Shown here piece by piece: positions 1 through 11,986 of a stretch of DNA of 64,000 bases. Made by a program: the position numbers and the translations under genes. Below the pieces are notes generated by a model. That model did no database searches. It saw only the letters and a program-made list of their open reading frames with translations, and was not told the origin of the DNA. Source of the stretch: Eledone cirrhosa. Its lineage: Eukaryota. Position 1 is the first letter of the stretch, and every line of letters begins with the position of its first letter. The stretch is taken from the NCBI GenBank assembly GCA_964016885.1, contig OZ024742.1, positions 245,768,001 through 245,832,000 of the forward strand. Reading direction: 5' to 3'.

Positions 1-524
1 ATACACACACTCAGCCTCCGGACTCCACACGTCCCCTCTTCCCCACACCCTCTGACCCCTCTCCATCCACACACACACACTGACTTACACCCCACCCCAT
101 GTACACACTGGTTTCTCTATTACCCGAACATGGAACCTCGTTCTCCCCCAAACTCCCACATTCACATCCACACACACACACACACATACACCTACACATA
201 CACCACCTTCCACCCTCCCCGCTCGGACCCCGTCTCCCTCTCCCCTCTCCCCCTCCATCCACCCACCACCACCCTTACACGCCTCACACCCTTTCATCAC
301 TTGTTAAATTTTAATTTTTTTACCCTCTAAAAAAATACCCCCCCCCCCCTTTTTAATGTCTTTCCACCACTTCCCCTCACACCCTAAGAACTCTTTTCCT
401 GTCCACTTTTCTCTGATGAAGGGCTTATGTCCGAAACGTCCCCCCACTCTCAAGCGTGAACCTAATATTAACACTTTGTACTGCTTCTTCACTTTGTTTT
501 TGTTTTTTTTTGTTTTCTGTTTTA

Positions 525-527
<3 letters not shown>
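1..527 (+). mobile_element. Probable 3' end / pseudo-LTR of a Penelope-like element
   Basis: C/CA-rich tract, then a hammerhead core at 413-440 resembling the one at 21826-21861, a T-rich tail, and an end at (TA)n near 528. No ORF in the window. Confidence 0.45.
413..440 (+). ncRNA. Minimal type I hammerhead ribozyme core (stem I not evident)
   Basis: CTGATGA-A-GGGC(ttat)GTCC-GAAA-CG-TC. The flanks do not pair. Confidence 0.6.
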
Positions 528-563
<36 letters not shown>

Positions 564-744
564 TGTATGTAATAATACAGAAGACCCATCTTCCCATGAG
601 GACAGGCAGAAGCATAAATCTAGTGGGTATCACCTCCACCCCCTCCTATTAACCTCGTATGTTCTAACACTCCACCCCTCACACACACCCAAATACCTCA
701 CCTCCCCAATCCCCACACACCTCTTCTACCAAAACCCCCAGCCC

Positions 745-1030
745 ACAATGTAAAGTGGTCGTATAGGTGTCACAATAGAAAGCCTCCAGCCCACACTGTA
801 AACTTGTCTTGTAGGTGTCATGACAAAAAGCCTCCAGCCCACACTGTAAACTTGTCTTGTAGGTGTCATGACAAAAAGCCTCCAGCCCACACTGTAAACT
901 TGTCTTGTAGGTGTCATGACAAAAAGCCTCCAGCCCACACTGTAAACTTGTCTTGTAGGTGTCATGACAAAAAGCCTCCAGCCCACACTGTAAACTTGTC
1001 TTGTAGGTGTCATGACAAAAAGCACCCAGT
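745..1030 (+). repeat. 48-bp minisatellite (~6 units) expanded inside a SINE/RTE 3' tail
   Basis: Unit aaaaagcctccagcccacactgtaaacttgtcttgtaggtgtcatgac; it runs directly into ttggcgttaggaagggcatccagctgtagaaacc...(TGA)n, ending near 1197. Confidence 0.9.
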
Positions 1031-1514
1031 AGTCACTATGTGTTTGGCGTTAGGAAGGGCATCCAGCTGTAGAAACCAAGCCAAAGTCAGTTCTGTATGA
1101 ACAAGACATGGTCACCTGATTGGCATTTCTCACAATAGGACAACACATCTAATCCATGCATTTTAAACAGTGATGATGATGATGATGGTGATGATGATAT
1201 ATACATATATATATTTGAATCAATAAATATAGGTTTGGTTGGAATTACATATAGGGGACATTTAGTCCTTCTCCCTTTCATATATATGAATATATACATG
1301 TGTGTGTATGCTTGTGTATATATAGATATATACACATATAATGTATATATGTATATTGTTTACAAACACACCGAGCATTATAATAAATGTTCGGTGAATC
1401 CATACGTACATATATATATGTGTGCATGTATGTATATATATATACATACTACTGTACGTCTGTATACATATATGTATGTACGTGTACATACTTATATATA
1501 TATATATATGTATA

Positions 1515-2120
1515 TAAAGGCAGATTGTACGATGCTTGTATACGAACAGCAATGTTACATGGTAGTGAGACCAAGGCATTGTGTGCAGAGGATCTGTGCA
1601 GATTGGAAAGAAATGAAGCATACATGTTCTGATGGATGTGTAATAGTAATATACATGAACGGCAAAGTGTAAATGAACTAAGAGAGAGATTAGGTATAAG
1701 AGGGATCAGATGCAGTAGACTAGAGAGGAGATTGTGTTGGTATAGTCATGTGATGCGTATGAAGGAGGACAGCTGTATAAAAAAGTGCAGAGTGATCAAA
1801 ATTAATGGCACCTACGGAGAAGGGAGACCCAGAAAGTCCTGGGATTAGGTGATAAAAGCTGACCTTGAACACTTGCACCTCTCTAAGACAATGACACAAG
1901 ATCGAGATCTTTGGCGTTATGCAGTAATACAGAAGACGTGCCTTCTCTTGCACACGGACTTAAACACACACTCAGTAGGTACCTCTTAATCCAATAAACA
2001 CCCCCACATCCCTACACCTCCCTCCCACTTCCACCCAAACCACCCTTACTCTGTAAAGTTATGTTGGTATCACAAAACATCCAGTCCACATGTAAAAAGC
2101 ACCCACCACACACAGCACCA
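1515..2120 (+). mobile_element. 5'-truncated RTE-clade LINE, 3' part
   Basis: [19 protein letters not shown]...RRLCWYSHVMRM...GRPRKSWD; starts at a (TA)n tract. Confidence 0.85.
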
Positions 2121-2548
2121 ATTTAATATTAATTAAATATTAATTAAATATTTTGAAAATTAACTGCCCAAACTATATATGATTATGTGTGTATAAAGAA
2201 ATTTGAGCATAAATTACTCCCCTTTGTCTCTCCCACTCTTTAATTATCTGTCATTTGTCTTCTCAAGCTAAATACTAAATAAGTTATAACTTCAGCTACG
2301 TCTTCCTCTATACTTTCCTCTACCGCATAGTTCTATAGTAGTATTTTAAATATTAAAAATTCTATAACTGTTGCATTGAGGCAATGTATTTCTTAAAATA
2401 TATTACTCACACTCTCTCTATTGATTCTATTACGTTTTCTCATGTTCTCAATATTAGGGTATAAATATTGAGTTTTCTCATAAGTTAATCCCTACCTTGA
2501 TTAAATCTTAACCATCTACCATGTCAGGGTTTGTCATGTATCATTTTA

Positions 2549-2611
2549 TTTTATCTGATGAGGACGTACTGTTGAACTTAATTCAGTACCTCTGAAATAT
2601 GTATAATAAAA
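2549..2611 (+). ncRNA. Minimal type I hammerhead ribozyme
   Basis: TTTTAT-CTGATGA-stem II (GTACTG/CAGTAC)-GAAA-TATGTA-TA-ATAAAA; stem I TTTTAT/ATAAAA. Confidence 0.75.
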
Positions 2612-2879
2612 TTTAATTGATCACAAGAATATCTATTTTTGTTAATATTTGAATTAATATATATATATATATATAAAATATTAAAAAAATAATGAATAAA
2701 ACAAAGAAACAGTTCCTTATATTAAACAAAAAAAGTTCATTATTTAACGATCGTTTCTAGGACATATATGTGTTAGAATTGGCATGCCTATTCAAAAGAT
2801 CTATGTACAAAATTATATATATTGATTTAAAACTGAACTATCAACAAGTGTTTTTTAACCTTCATATCATGTCCTCCTG

Positions 2880-2946
2880 TTTTATCTGATGAAAACACAA
2901 ATATTATTGCATGATGATATTTGTTTTTGAAATGCGCATAATAAAA
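2880..2946 (+). ncRNA. Minimal type I hammerhead ribozyme
   Basis: TTTTAT-CTGATGA-stem II (ACAAATAT/ATATTTGT)-GAAA-TGCGCA (palindrome)-TA-ATAAAA. Confidence 0.8.
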
Positions 2947-3099
2947 TACATGGAACTCTTTTAACCATCTTTTGTTCTTATATATTATGTATACTCCAGT
3001 CCTACAAACTGTAGAGTGCTTCTTATCCGATATCTGCATTGCTTTATTGTACTACAATAAAACTCACCTCCTACATTATATATATATATATATATATAT

Positions 3100-3590
3100 A
3101 TGAGATCTTTGGCGCCACGCAGTAATACAGAAGATCCGCCTTGCCTATGTACAAAGCGAAACCTACAGTCAGTAGGCACCTCTTAACCAAATATACACCC
3201 CAATTCACTACGCCTACTCCATCTTCCCACTCCCACCAACATCACCCTCTGTAAAGTTGGTGCCACAACATCCAGTCCAAATAAATGAGAAAATGAGATT
3301 GAGATTAGATCGTGTAGGTGTCATGACAAAAAAAACACACAGTCCACGCTGTAATGTGGCCATGTAGGTAACACGGTAAAAACCTCCCAGTCCACACTGT
3401 AAATGTGGTTGGTGTTAGGAAGGGCATCTAACCGTAGAAAACCTGCCAGATAGTCCTATATGAGCAAGGCACGGTCACCCGACCATCCTTGCCTCAAATT
3501 GGGACAACTCCCGTCTAACCCATGCTAGTGTGGAAGATGGATGTTAAACGATGGTAATGATGATGATGATGATGATGAGGATGATGATAT
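3100..3590 (+). mobile_element. RTE LINE 3' end / 3' UTR
   Basis: gagatctttggcg..gcagtaatacagaaga as in the other RTE copies, the ggtgttaggaagggcatc motif and a (TGA)n tail. Confidence 0.8.
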
Positions 3591-3756
3591 GTGAGCGCGT
3601 GTATTTATATATACATACATATATAAGCAAAGGGATATTTAATTTGTTGGTAATTCAACAAATATATATATATTTATAACTGATTCGAAGCACTCAACTG
3701 TTTGGAGTATAATATCAATGATATTAATAAATGGAAACTATATTTATAAAACCATA

Positions 3757-4452
3757 GGCGATATCCAATTTTAGCTGTCTAAATGCCACTTACTTGCTGC
3801 AGTTGCTGCTTACTTCAATGTATGAGGCTATTCCCTTTTTTTTAGCCGTTAAAAGAAATATAGATTTATTTATTTTTTTTTTTGCGATTTATTTGCCACT
3901 GGGGTCACACACACCTCCGTAGAAAGTGTGCGACCTTTCTGCCAGGGAGTACAGAGAGAGGGGGGTGCTCCCTTCTTCTCTTACCTGTACAAGCCGATAT
4001 AGAGAGATGGCCCACTTACACGGGCCATTATTGCTACTTTCACTCGAAAAAAGCACTCAGTCCCAGCCAATTCCATGAAAGATGGGTGAAAGTATCAATA
4101 ATGGCCCGTGTAAGTGGGCCATCTCTCTATATCGGCTTGTACAGGTAAGAGAAGAAGGGAGCACCCCCTCTCTCTGTGCTCCCTTGCAGAAAGGTCGCAC
4201 ACTTTCTACGGGGGCGTGTGTGACCCCAAAAGGCTAATAAATCGCAAAAAAACAAACAAAAAAGGGGCAAATAAAGAAATCTATGCCCCAGTGGCACATA
4301 TATCGCAAAAAAATAAAAATAAATAAATCTATATTTCTTTTAACGGCTAAAAAAAAGGGGAATGTAAATTTGTTGGAATAGCCTCATACATTGAAGTAAG
4401 CAGCAACTGCAGCAAGTAAGCGGCATTTAGACAGCTAAAATTGGATATCGCC
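3757..4452. mobile_element. 696-bp foldback non-autonomous DNA transposon (Merlin-like termini) with 8-bp target site duplication (TSD)
   Basis: Terminal inverted repeats (TIRs) GGCGATATCCAATTTTAGCTGTCTAAATGCC / GGCATTTAGACAGCTAAAATTGGATATCGCC. TSD AAACCATA at 3749-3756 and 4453-4460. The empty site is visible in the inverted copy at ~5441-5470. Confidence 0.85.
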
Positions 4453-4462
4453 AAACCATATT

Positions 4463-4523
4463 TATTCTATTATATAAATTTCAAGGGTACCAAAACTTTG
4501 GTACGCTCTCATCAGATAAAATA
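4463..4523 (-). ncRNA. Minimal type I hammerhead ribozyme
   Basis: Minus strand: TATTTTAT-CTGATGA-GAGCGTACCAAAGTTTTGGTACCCTT-GAAA-TTTATA-TA-ATAGAATA. Confidence 0.75.
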
Positions 4524-5384
4524 CAAAGTTTGTTTTATAAATATAGACATATCCAGGAACGAGATCTTAACGGTTCAAGTTTTTCCTGGATAGTGAAAGG
4601 AAAAAGGGGAAAGAGAGGAAAAGTCAAATATTTCAAATTATTAAGATGAATATGCAAATGAGGTTGTGGTATAGGGCTGAAAAAAAAAACGTTACTTTTA
4701 GACGCTAATATAGATTTAAATAATTATTAGGATATATATATGTATGTGTAGGAAGAAGAAAGAGAAAGAAAGAAAAGCTTGTATTTACGTTAAAAAGATT
4801 GAAATGTTAAGAAAATGTAAAATCAACATCCTACGTAACTCATATTAGAAATGTAAACAATTAATACGTGTTTTATATCTATAAAATCACCAATAATACT
4901 TATACTTGCACACTTATTAATCTATATAGATATTTATATACTTACAACCTGTTGCAATGTAATAAGATTAAATGTACTTACAACCATAATTTTTCATATA
5001 ATCTAATTGATTATATATTTATTATAACTCATAATTTAGCTAAATATTTTTTTAAATTCTGGAATCATATTCCACCATTCCTACAAACTGTTAATTCTTA
5101 ACATTTCAATCTTTTTAAATTCACGTAACAACAAGCTTTTCTTTCTTTCACTTTCTTCTTCCTACACATACATATATATATACTAATAATTATTTAAATC
5201 TACCTCGCGTCTAAAAATAACATTTTTTTAGCTCTATACCACAACCTCATTTGCATATTCATCTTAATAATTTGAAATATTTGATTTTTCCTCTCTTTCC
5301 CCTTTTTCCTTTTACTATCCAGGAAAAACTTGAACCGTTAAGATCTCGTTCCTGGTTATGTCAATATTTATAAAACAAACTTTG

Positions 5385-5445
5385 TATTTTATCTGATGAG
5401 AGCATATCAAAGTTTTGGTACCCTTGAAATATATATAATAGAATA
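5385..5445 (+). ncRNA. Minimal type I hammerhead ribozyme (inverted copy of 4463-4523)
   Basis: TATTTTAT-CTGATGA-GAGCATATCAAAGTTTTGGTACCCTT-GAAA-TATATA-TA-ATAGAATA. Confidence 0.75.
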
Positions 5446-5544
5446 AATATGGTTTTATAAATATAGTTTCCATTTATTAATATCATTGATACATACATAT
5501 ATATATATAAATATATAAATATATATATATATATATATGTATGT

Positions 5545-5545
<1 letters not shown>

Positions 5546-5577
<32 letters not shown>

Positions 5578-8190
5578 GTTTTACGTCCGTTCTTCCACGC
5601 TAGCATGGGTTAGACGGGTTGTCCTGTTGTGGCCAGTGTCCAGTCGGTTGACCTTGTCTTGCTCATACAGGAACTGATTCTGACTTGATTTCTACAGCTG
5701 GATGCCCTTCCTAACACCAACCTCATTTACAGTGTGGGCTGGGTGCTTTTTTGCCGTGGCACCTCTGCGACCACTTTGCAGTGGGAGGGTGTGGGGGCAT
5801 ATTGTCTATATGCTTCAGTTTCGGCTTGTTCCTGTGGGGGGTCGGGTCTTCTGTATTACTGCGTGATGCCAGAGGTCACGGTCGTGTGTCATTGCTCTTG
5901 AGAGGTGCAATTGGGTAAGGTCGGCCTTTATCACCTCATCCCAGGTCTTCTTGGGTCTCCCCACTCCGTGGTTTCCATCGACTTCTAGTGCTCTGCACAT
6001 TTTATGCAGCTGTCATCCTTCATACGCATCACATGTCCATACCAACGTAACCTCCTCTCCTGCACACAGCATTTGATTCTTCTGATGCTCATTCCCTCTC
6101 TCAATTCGTTTATATTTTGCCGTTCGCGTATATTACTATTACACATCCATCGGAGCATGCAGGCTTCATTTCTTTCTAATCTGCGCAAGTCTTCTACAGA
6201 CAGTGCCGAGGTTTCACTTCCATGTAACATTGCTGTTCGTATACACGCATCATACAGTCTGCCTTTCATCTTGAGGGTAAGCCTTTTGCAGCTAGCAGTG
6301 TCAGTAGCTCCCTGAACTTCTTCCATCCCGTTCTTACCCTAGTTATTGTACTTTTCGAACACCCACCTCCGCTGCTAATTCGGTCACCTAGTTAGCAGAA
6401 GCTGTCTACTGTTTCTACAGAGCCCTCCCAGAGTTTGGTGGTGCTTGTTTTCTGTGGTTGATTGCTGCTTGCAGTCCCAGCGCAGCTGCTACATATGAAG
6501 CCTACATTCTTAGTTAAACTTCCTGAGATCCCACTACATCTCTGGTGTACCCATTGTTTGCATTTGGGGAAGAGGATGTAGTTCCTACCTACATCTTTCC
6601 TACATACTGAGCAAGGCCATTTCCCTGAGGGAGTCTGGGTTCTGTTTTCTCGTCTACTTACAAGGACCTTAGTCTTTGTCAGGTTGACTTTGAGACCCTT
6701 TCTTTCTAGTCCCTGCTTCCATGTTTGGAATTTCTTCTCTAGTTCCACCATGGATTCAGCTATAAGTGCGATATCATCCGCATACAGGAGTTCCCATGGG
6801 CATCCGATCTTGATCTCCTCCGTTATTACCTGCAAAACTATAATGAACAGGAGAGGGCTAAGAACGGAGCCCTGGTGGACACCGACCTGTATGCTAAATT
6901 CCTCGCTATATTCATTGCTAACTCTAACTTTACTGACTGCTCCTCTATACATGGCTTGTACAGCTTTCACAAGCCATTCATCTACTCCTAATTTTCTAAG
7001 AGCTCACCAGATTATAGCGCGGGGACTCTGTCGAAGGCTTTTTCCAGATCGACGAATGCCAGGTAGAGCAGCTTACTTTTAGCTAGGTACTTTTCTTGTA
7101 ACTGCCTCACAAGGAAGAGGGAATCAGTGGTGCTTTTTTCCTGGTACAAACCCAAATTATATCTCATTTAGTTTAACCCGGTCCCTAATCAACTGTGCTA
7201 TAACTCTTTCCGTTACTTTCAGGACCTGGTCCATCAGCTTTATACCTCTATAGTTTCTTCTATCTAGTGCATCACCTTTACCTTTGTAGCAGTTGACAAT
7301 GATGCTGCTGCACCAATCCTTTGGTATGAGACCCTCTAGTAAAACCTAGTTAACAATTTGTGTGGTTATGGTGTGACCTACCGACCCAGATGCCTTCAGC
7401 ATCTCGGCAGCTATACCCGATGGACTGGTTGCCTTCCCTGTCTTCATATCTTTGATTGCCTTACTACGCTGCTGTTGACTTGTACTGCTGGCCCCTCTAT
7501 AGGGTCCACTTGGGGTAGGGTCTCTTTTTCTCATGTATTCTCCTAGTTTAGTAATCTTTGATAATGGCTCTTCCATGCAGCTTTCATCTCAGCACTTGTG
7601 AGGGCAAGCTCACCATTATCATTCCGGATACACTTCTCTCCAATGACATCACAATTCTCTCTGACACACTGCCTCGCAATCTTGAAACCTCCTGTTTCTG
7701 GTCCTCATGTTGCAAAACATGCTTGAATTTTCTATCCTCTGCTTCCCTCCTAGTTAAGTATACTTGTCACCTAACTCTCCTCTTGGTCTCTATGTAATGT
7801 ACCCTGCTACCCCTGTTCTTCCATTCTTTCCATGCATGTCTCTTAGTCTTAACTGCCTCATCTACCTTACTGTTCCACCACCAAGTCACTCTCCTCCTCC
7901 CTGTGGACTTGCTCCAACCAAAGATCTCGTCCGTTGCCTTTAGTAAGTTATTTTTTTAGGAACTCCCAGTGCTCTTCTACATTGAATGTCTCTATCTGTT
8001 CTTCTTTACTGTCATAGGTGTCGAGTAGAATATCGTTAAACCTGTTACTGATTGAGGGGTCTTTCAGCTTCCAGATCTTTCTTCTCCAGGTTAGCTTCTG
8101 TATGCAAGTTCGTCTAGTTTTGATAGCGAGGTCGCTGACAATTAAGTTATGTTGGGAGGTACATTCCTCACCAGGAAAGGCTTTTGTGTT
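5546..8190 (-). mobile_element. RTE-clade LINE, 5'-truncated and frameshifted (end of APE region, RT, PHD insert, 3' UTR)
   Basis: [58 protein letters not shown]; the (ATC)n run on + at 5546-5577 is the (TGA)n tail. Confidence 0.92.
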
Positions 8191-8195
8191 TACAA

Positions 8196-8510
8196 TGGAG
8201 GCACATGGCTTAGTGGTTACAATGGAGGCCCATGGCTTAGTGGTTAGAGCATTGGCTTTGCAATCGAAAGGTTGTGAGTTCAATTTTCAGACCGGGTGAT
8301 GTGTTGTTTCCTTGAGCCAGACACTTTATTTCACATTGCTCCAGTTAACTCAGCTGTAGAAATGAGATGATAGGGACTGGGGTCCATATCATTCCACTGC
8401 AAAGGAGCCGCGGAGGTACCACGGCAAAAAAGCACCCAGTACTCACTGTAAATGAGGTTGGTGTTAGGAAGGGCATCCATCTGTAGAAATCAAGCCAGAA
8501 GTAGTTCCTG
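8196..8510 (+). mobile_element. tRNA-headed SINE sharing the RTE-type tail
   Basis: A-box TGGCTTAGTGG (duplicated), B-box-like GAGTTCAATT, CORE-like ttccttgagccagacactt..ctcagctgta, then the ggtgttaggaagggcatcc motif. Confidence 0.7.
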
Positions 8511-8519
8511 TCCCACCCT

Positions 8520-10137
8520 TAGTTATGCAATAGATGTTTGGTGACGTGTGGACAACGTGTGAAAAATTAACTTCTTGTGTTTAGGCAATCACTATTGCGT
8601 AATCTCTTTAGGATAGTTATTCGTTCGTCAATACATAAGCCACACGTCGGATTTCCCCTTGCGTATGGCTTGGACTTAGTGATGGCTTTCCATTGAATGT
8701 AGTAGCCTATATTTGAGTCCTTGAGGGACCATACGTGACTCGCGAGTTTCGTGGATGAACGTCTGTCCGGGTATCTGAAGGTAGACTGGTGGTTCAGGAA
8801 ACACTCCTTGAATCGGCCCTCCGCCATGCCCACGTAGGATTTGACCTCCTGTGGTTCGTTTGGTCGGTTGGAAGTGACCACAGCTTCATAGATTACAGCT
8901 GGTGTGCTGCATTGCTGTTGAAGGGGGCAAGCTTCAGGCAAGAGCACCCTGGTGGGGGTGTTGCTCCTAGGGCTGCTGGTGATGTGGGCCTTCATGTTCT
9001 TAGCGCAGGAGTATCCTAGTTTAACTTTGTGTCGGTTAAAGATGGAGCGGTATTTATGACCTATGGGGAAGTGTCTATCTAAGAGGGCTAGAAATTGTTT
9101 TCCTACATCGGTTTTAACGTTGATTGAGAAGGGAGGAGAGAACCAGATAGTTTGTCTATTGATGCGCTTACTTTTCTTAATAGTGTTGCTGCTAGTGGGA
9201 GAGTAGGTGATAGGTTGTGAGAAGCCGCTGTTAGCCAACGCCGTGTTATAGTAGGGTGCTGCCCTGTCAAAGATAGCCGTATTAAAGGAGAGGTTTGATA
9301 TTCTAGTACTGATATTCCTAACGAAGTTTCTAAAAACAGTGGGAGGGTGGCATGAGTCCTTGTGAATGTAATTAAGTTTCTCGTTTAGCTTATGGAAGGG
9401 TATGTGTGTGTGTGTGCGAAGGTCTAAATTAATGTTTAAGAAATCTACGCTAGAGAGGTTGGTAGCTACTGTTATCCTAAGGCCTAACTCATTGAAGGTA
9501 GAAGCTAAGTCTTTTTTAAACCGGTCGAGGTCGTGACCACTTTTATGGCTCGATAAAGTCAGTCCATCGTCACGGTATATTCTCGTGTGGAAGTCCGGGA
9601 ATCTAACACGTAATATGTCTAAGATAAAAAGGCCAACCAAGTCACATACGTCAGCACTGTCAAACGATCCCATGGAGACGTCGAACAGGTCTGAAGATGT
9701 AGACTTCTTTGCCCAGGCTACTCCGTCGTTGAAGAGGAGGGTTTTCCGGCAGTGAGCGATGATTTCCCTGTCTAAACCATCGACGGTGGTATAAGTGGTA
9801 GCGAAGTCCAACGCTTTGTTTAACAGGGTCTCTGAGATCGACGGGTAAAAATCGACAATGTCAAACTGCGTGAACTTCGCTTTTTTGGATTTTAAGGAGT
9901 TAAACCACTTAATTACGGAGTCGCTGTTCTCCCACTGGGGCAGATTGGACTTGATCCTAATGGTCTTAACTATGTTTCTAAGTATGGCCTTACTGACTAG
10001 TCCCATATCTGTGCGTGCCGGATTTATTAGTCTACATGTGGAGTTAGAAGTAAAGTATACCTTGTGATCTTTCAGGGTGAGGAACGCCTCCCGCTTAGCT
10101 AGAGATTGTAGCATCTTATCTACCTTAAGGTCGGTGG
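8520..10137 (-). mobile_element. 5'-truncated Naiad-type Penelope-like element (RT + GIY-YIG), ORF 8567-10114
   Basis: FTQFDIVDFYPSI, FDVSMGSFDSADVCDLVG, IYRDDGL, CPLQQQC, VIYEA..SYVGMA. Premature TAA at the conserved NxRSE position. Confidence 0.9.
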
Positions 10138-10139
10138 CT

Positions 10140-10614
<475 letters not shown>

Positions 10615-10705
10615 CGAAAGAAATGTGGTAAGGAACCAGGTGGACCATAACGCACCAAAGTACTCAATACTTAGGGTAGTAGAGTGGGTAATAGGAACAA
10701 GTAAG

Positions 10706-10799
10706 ACCCCGACGGCTGAGCTCAAGCCGTTTCGACGGCTAATTCTGGACTGAATGAAAATTTATTCTGGTATTTAAATAGCCGAGCTTATCAAGGGGT
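10706..10799 (-). ncRNA. Type I hammerhead ribozyme, U3-A8 core variant (3' pseudo-LTR)
   Basis: ACCCC-TTGATAA-GCTCGGCTA...TAGCCGTC-GAAA-CGGCT(tgagctc)AGCCG-TC-GGGGT. Confidence 0.8.
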
Positions 10800-11986
10800 A
10801 ATTCCATATATGGTCAAAGAGATAATCACCAGGATTGGTCACATCACAAGTTAGTAGTAAATCTGTGATGGCAAATTAGTGGGGGAAGGGGTAGCTAAGC
10901 CTGCCGGTAGGAGAAAAAGGGGGAGGGGTGGAGTAGACCCATTCATGCGTTGGTAGTGCCGGCTACAGCTGGGCGTGAGGTCAAAGAGGATACGGGGGAG
11001 GGGGAGGAAGTCGAAACGGTAAGTAGAACAATGAAGGGTAAAACTATAAAAAGTAATGAGAATGAAAAAAATAAAATAAAAAAATAAGCAAAGTCTGGTT
11101 ACTAAGACTTAGTCTCTCACTATTGCTAGGCTAAAGAAATACATAAATAAATAAATAAACAAATAAATGAATAAAAGAATAGATAAATAAATAAAAAAAA
11201 ATATAATAAAGAATAAAAAAATAAATAATAATAATAAAAATAAATAGACTAGGTGGGACGGAAATAAAGGGACCCTTATAAGAGGTATAAGTGCGTGTAT
11301 CGTACGGTGACGGGTCAACAAAAGGGGGGGGGGGAGCCCAAAATACTAAAGAGACTACCACGAAATAATAAAGGTTTCTACCCCAATCACAGGGCCAGCA
11401 ACCACCCAGTGCAAGAAAGTAAACTAGTACGAGAATATAATTCAGGGTCCCGAAAAAAATACTAATGCTAACTCTAAGGGTACCGCCACGAAACAAAAAA
11501 GTCTTATACAAGCTACATGAAAGATCGTACGAAGTAAAAGTAAAGAACGGAAAATTAATACAGAAACACCCCCCCCCCCCCAAAAAAAAAAGAGAAAAAG
11601 AAGAAAGAAATACTGGATAAACAAGAAATTAAAGCAAAGATGCCACTAAGAAATATAGAAGGCACGGAAAAAAGCGCAGCGGTCGGAGAAGGGGGCAAGT
11701 ATCCGAAGTCTAACACCTCTGCTATAAAAAGCGGAGTCAGCCAAATCTATCATAGAATAGGGGAGGGAGTGGGGGTGTTGAAGCTACAAGGGACCGAGGG
11801 GCTACCTCGGGTGGGCGAGAAAAAGACGACGACAAAGAAAAGGAACTGGGGTAGAAGGACTAAGGAGAGATGGAGGGAAGAAGGAAATATAGAGGAAGCG
11901 ATAAAAGAATGTAAAAGAAGATCTTACGTCTCCATTGGCAAGAAGGGGTTACCCATTACAAAATAGGCAAGTGGGGTGTTATAGCC

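Larger units (their letters stand above)
3635..5491. mobile_element. ORF-less AT-rich hammerhead-carrying element (Penelope-type pseudo-LTR) in inverted arrangement
   Basis: Arms 4461-4813 and 5096-5450 are reverse complements, continuing as 3714-3756 vs 5450-5491. Each arm carries a hammerhead. A related 3' end lies at ~52357-52470. Confidence 0.7.

Noticed and set aside
8226-8300. tRNA gene
   Set aside because: A/B boxes are present but there is no cloverleaf with an acceptor stem; it continues into a SINE body. The same applies to the heads of the 20562-type SINEs.
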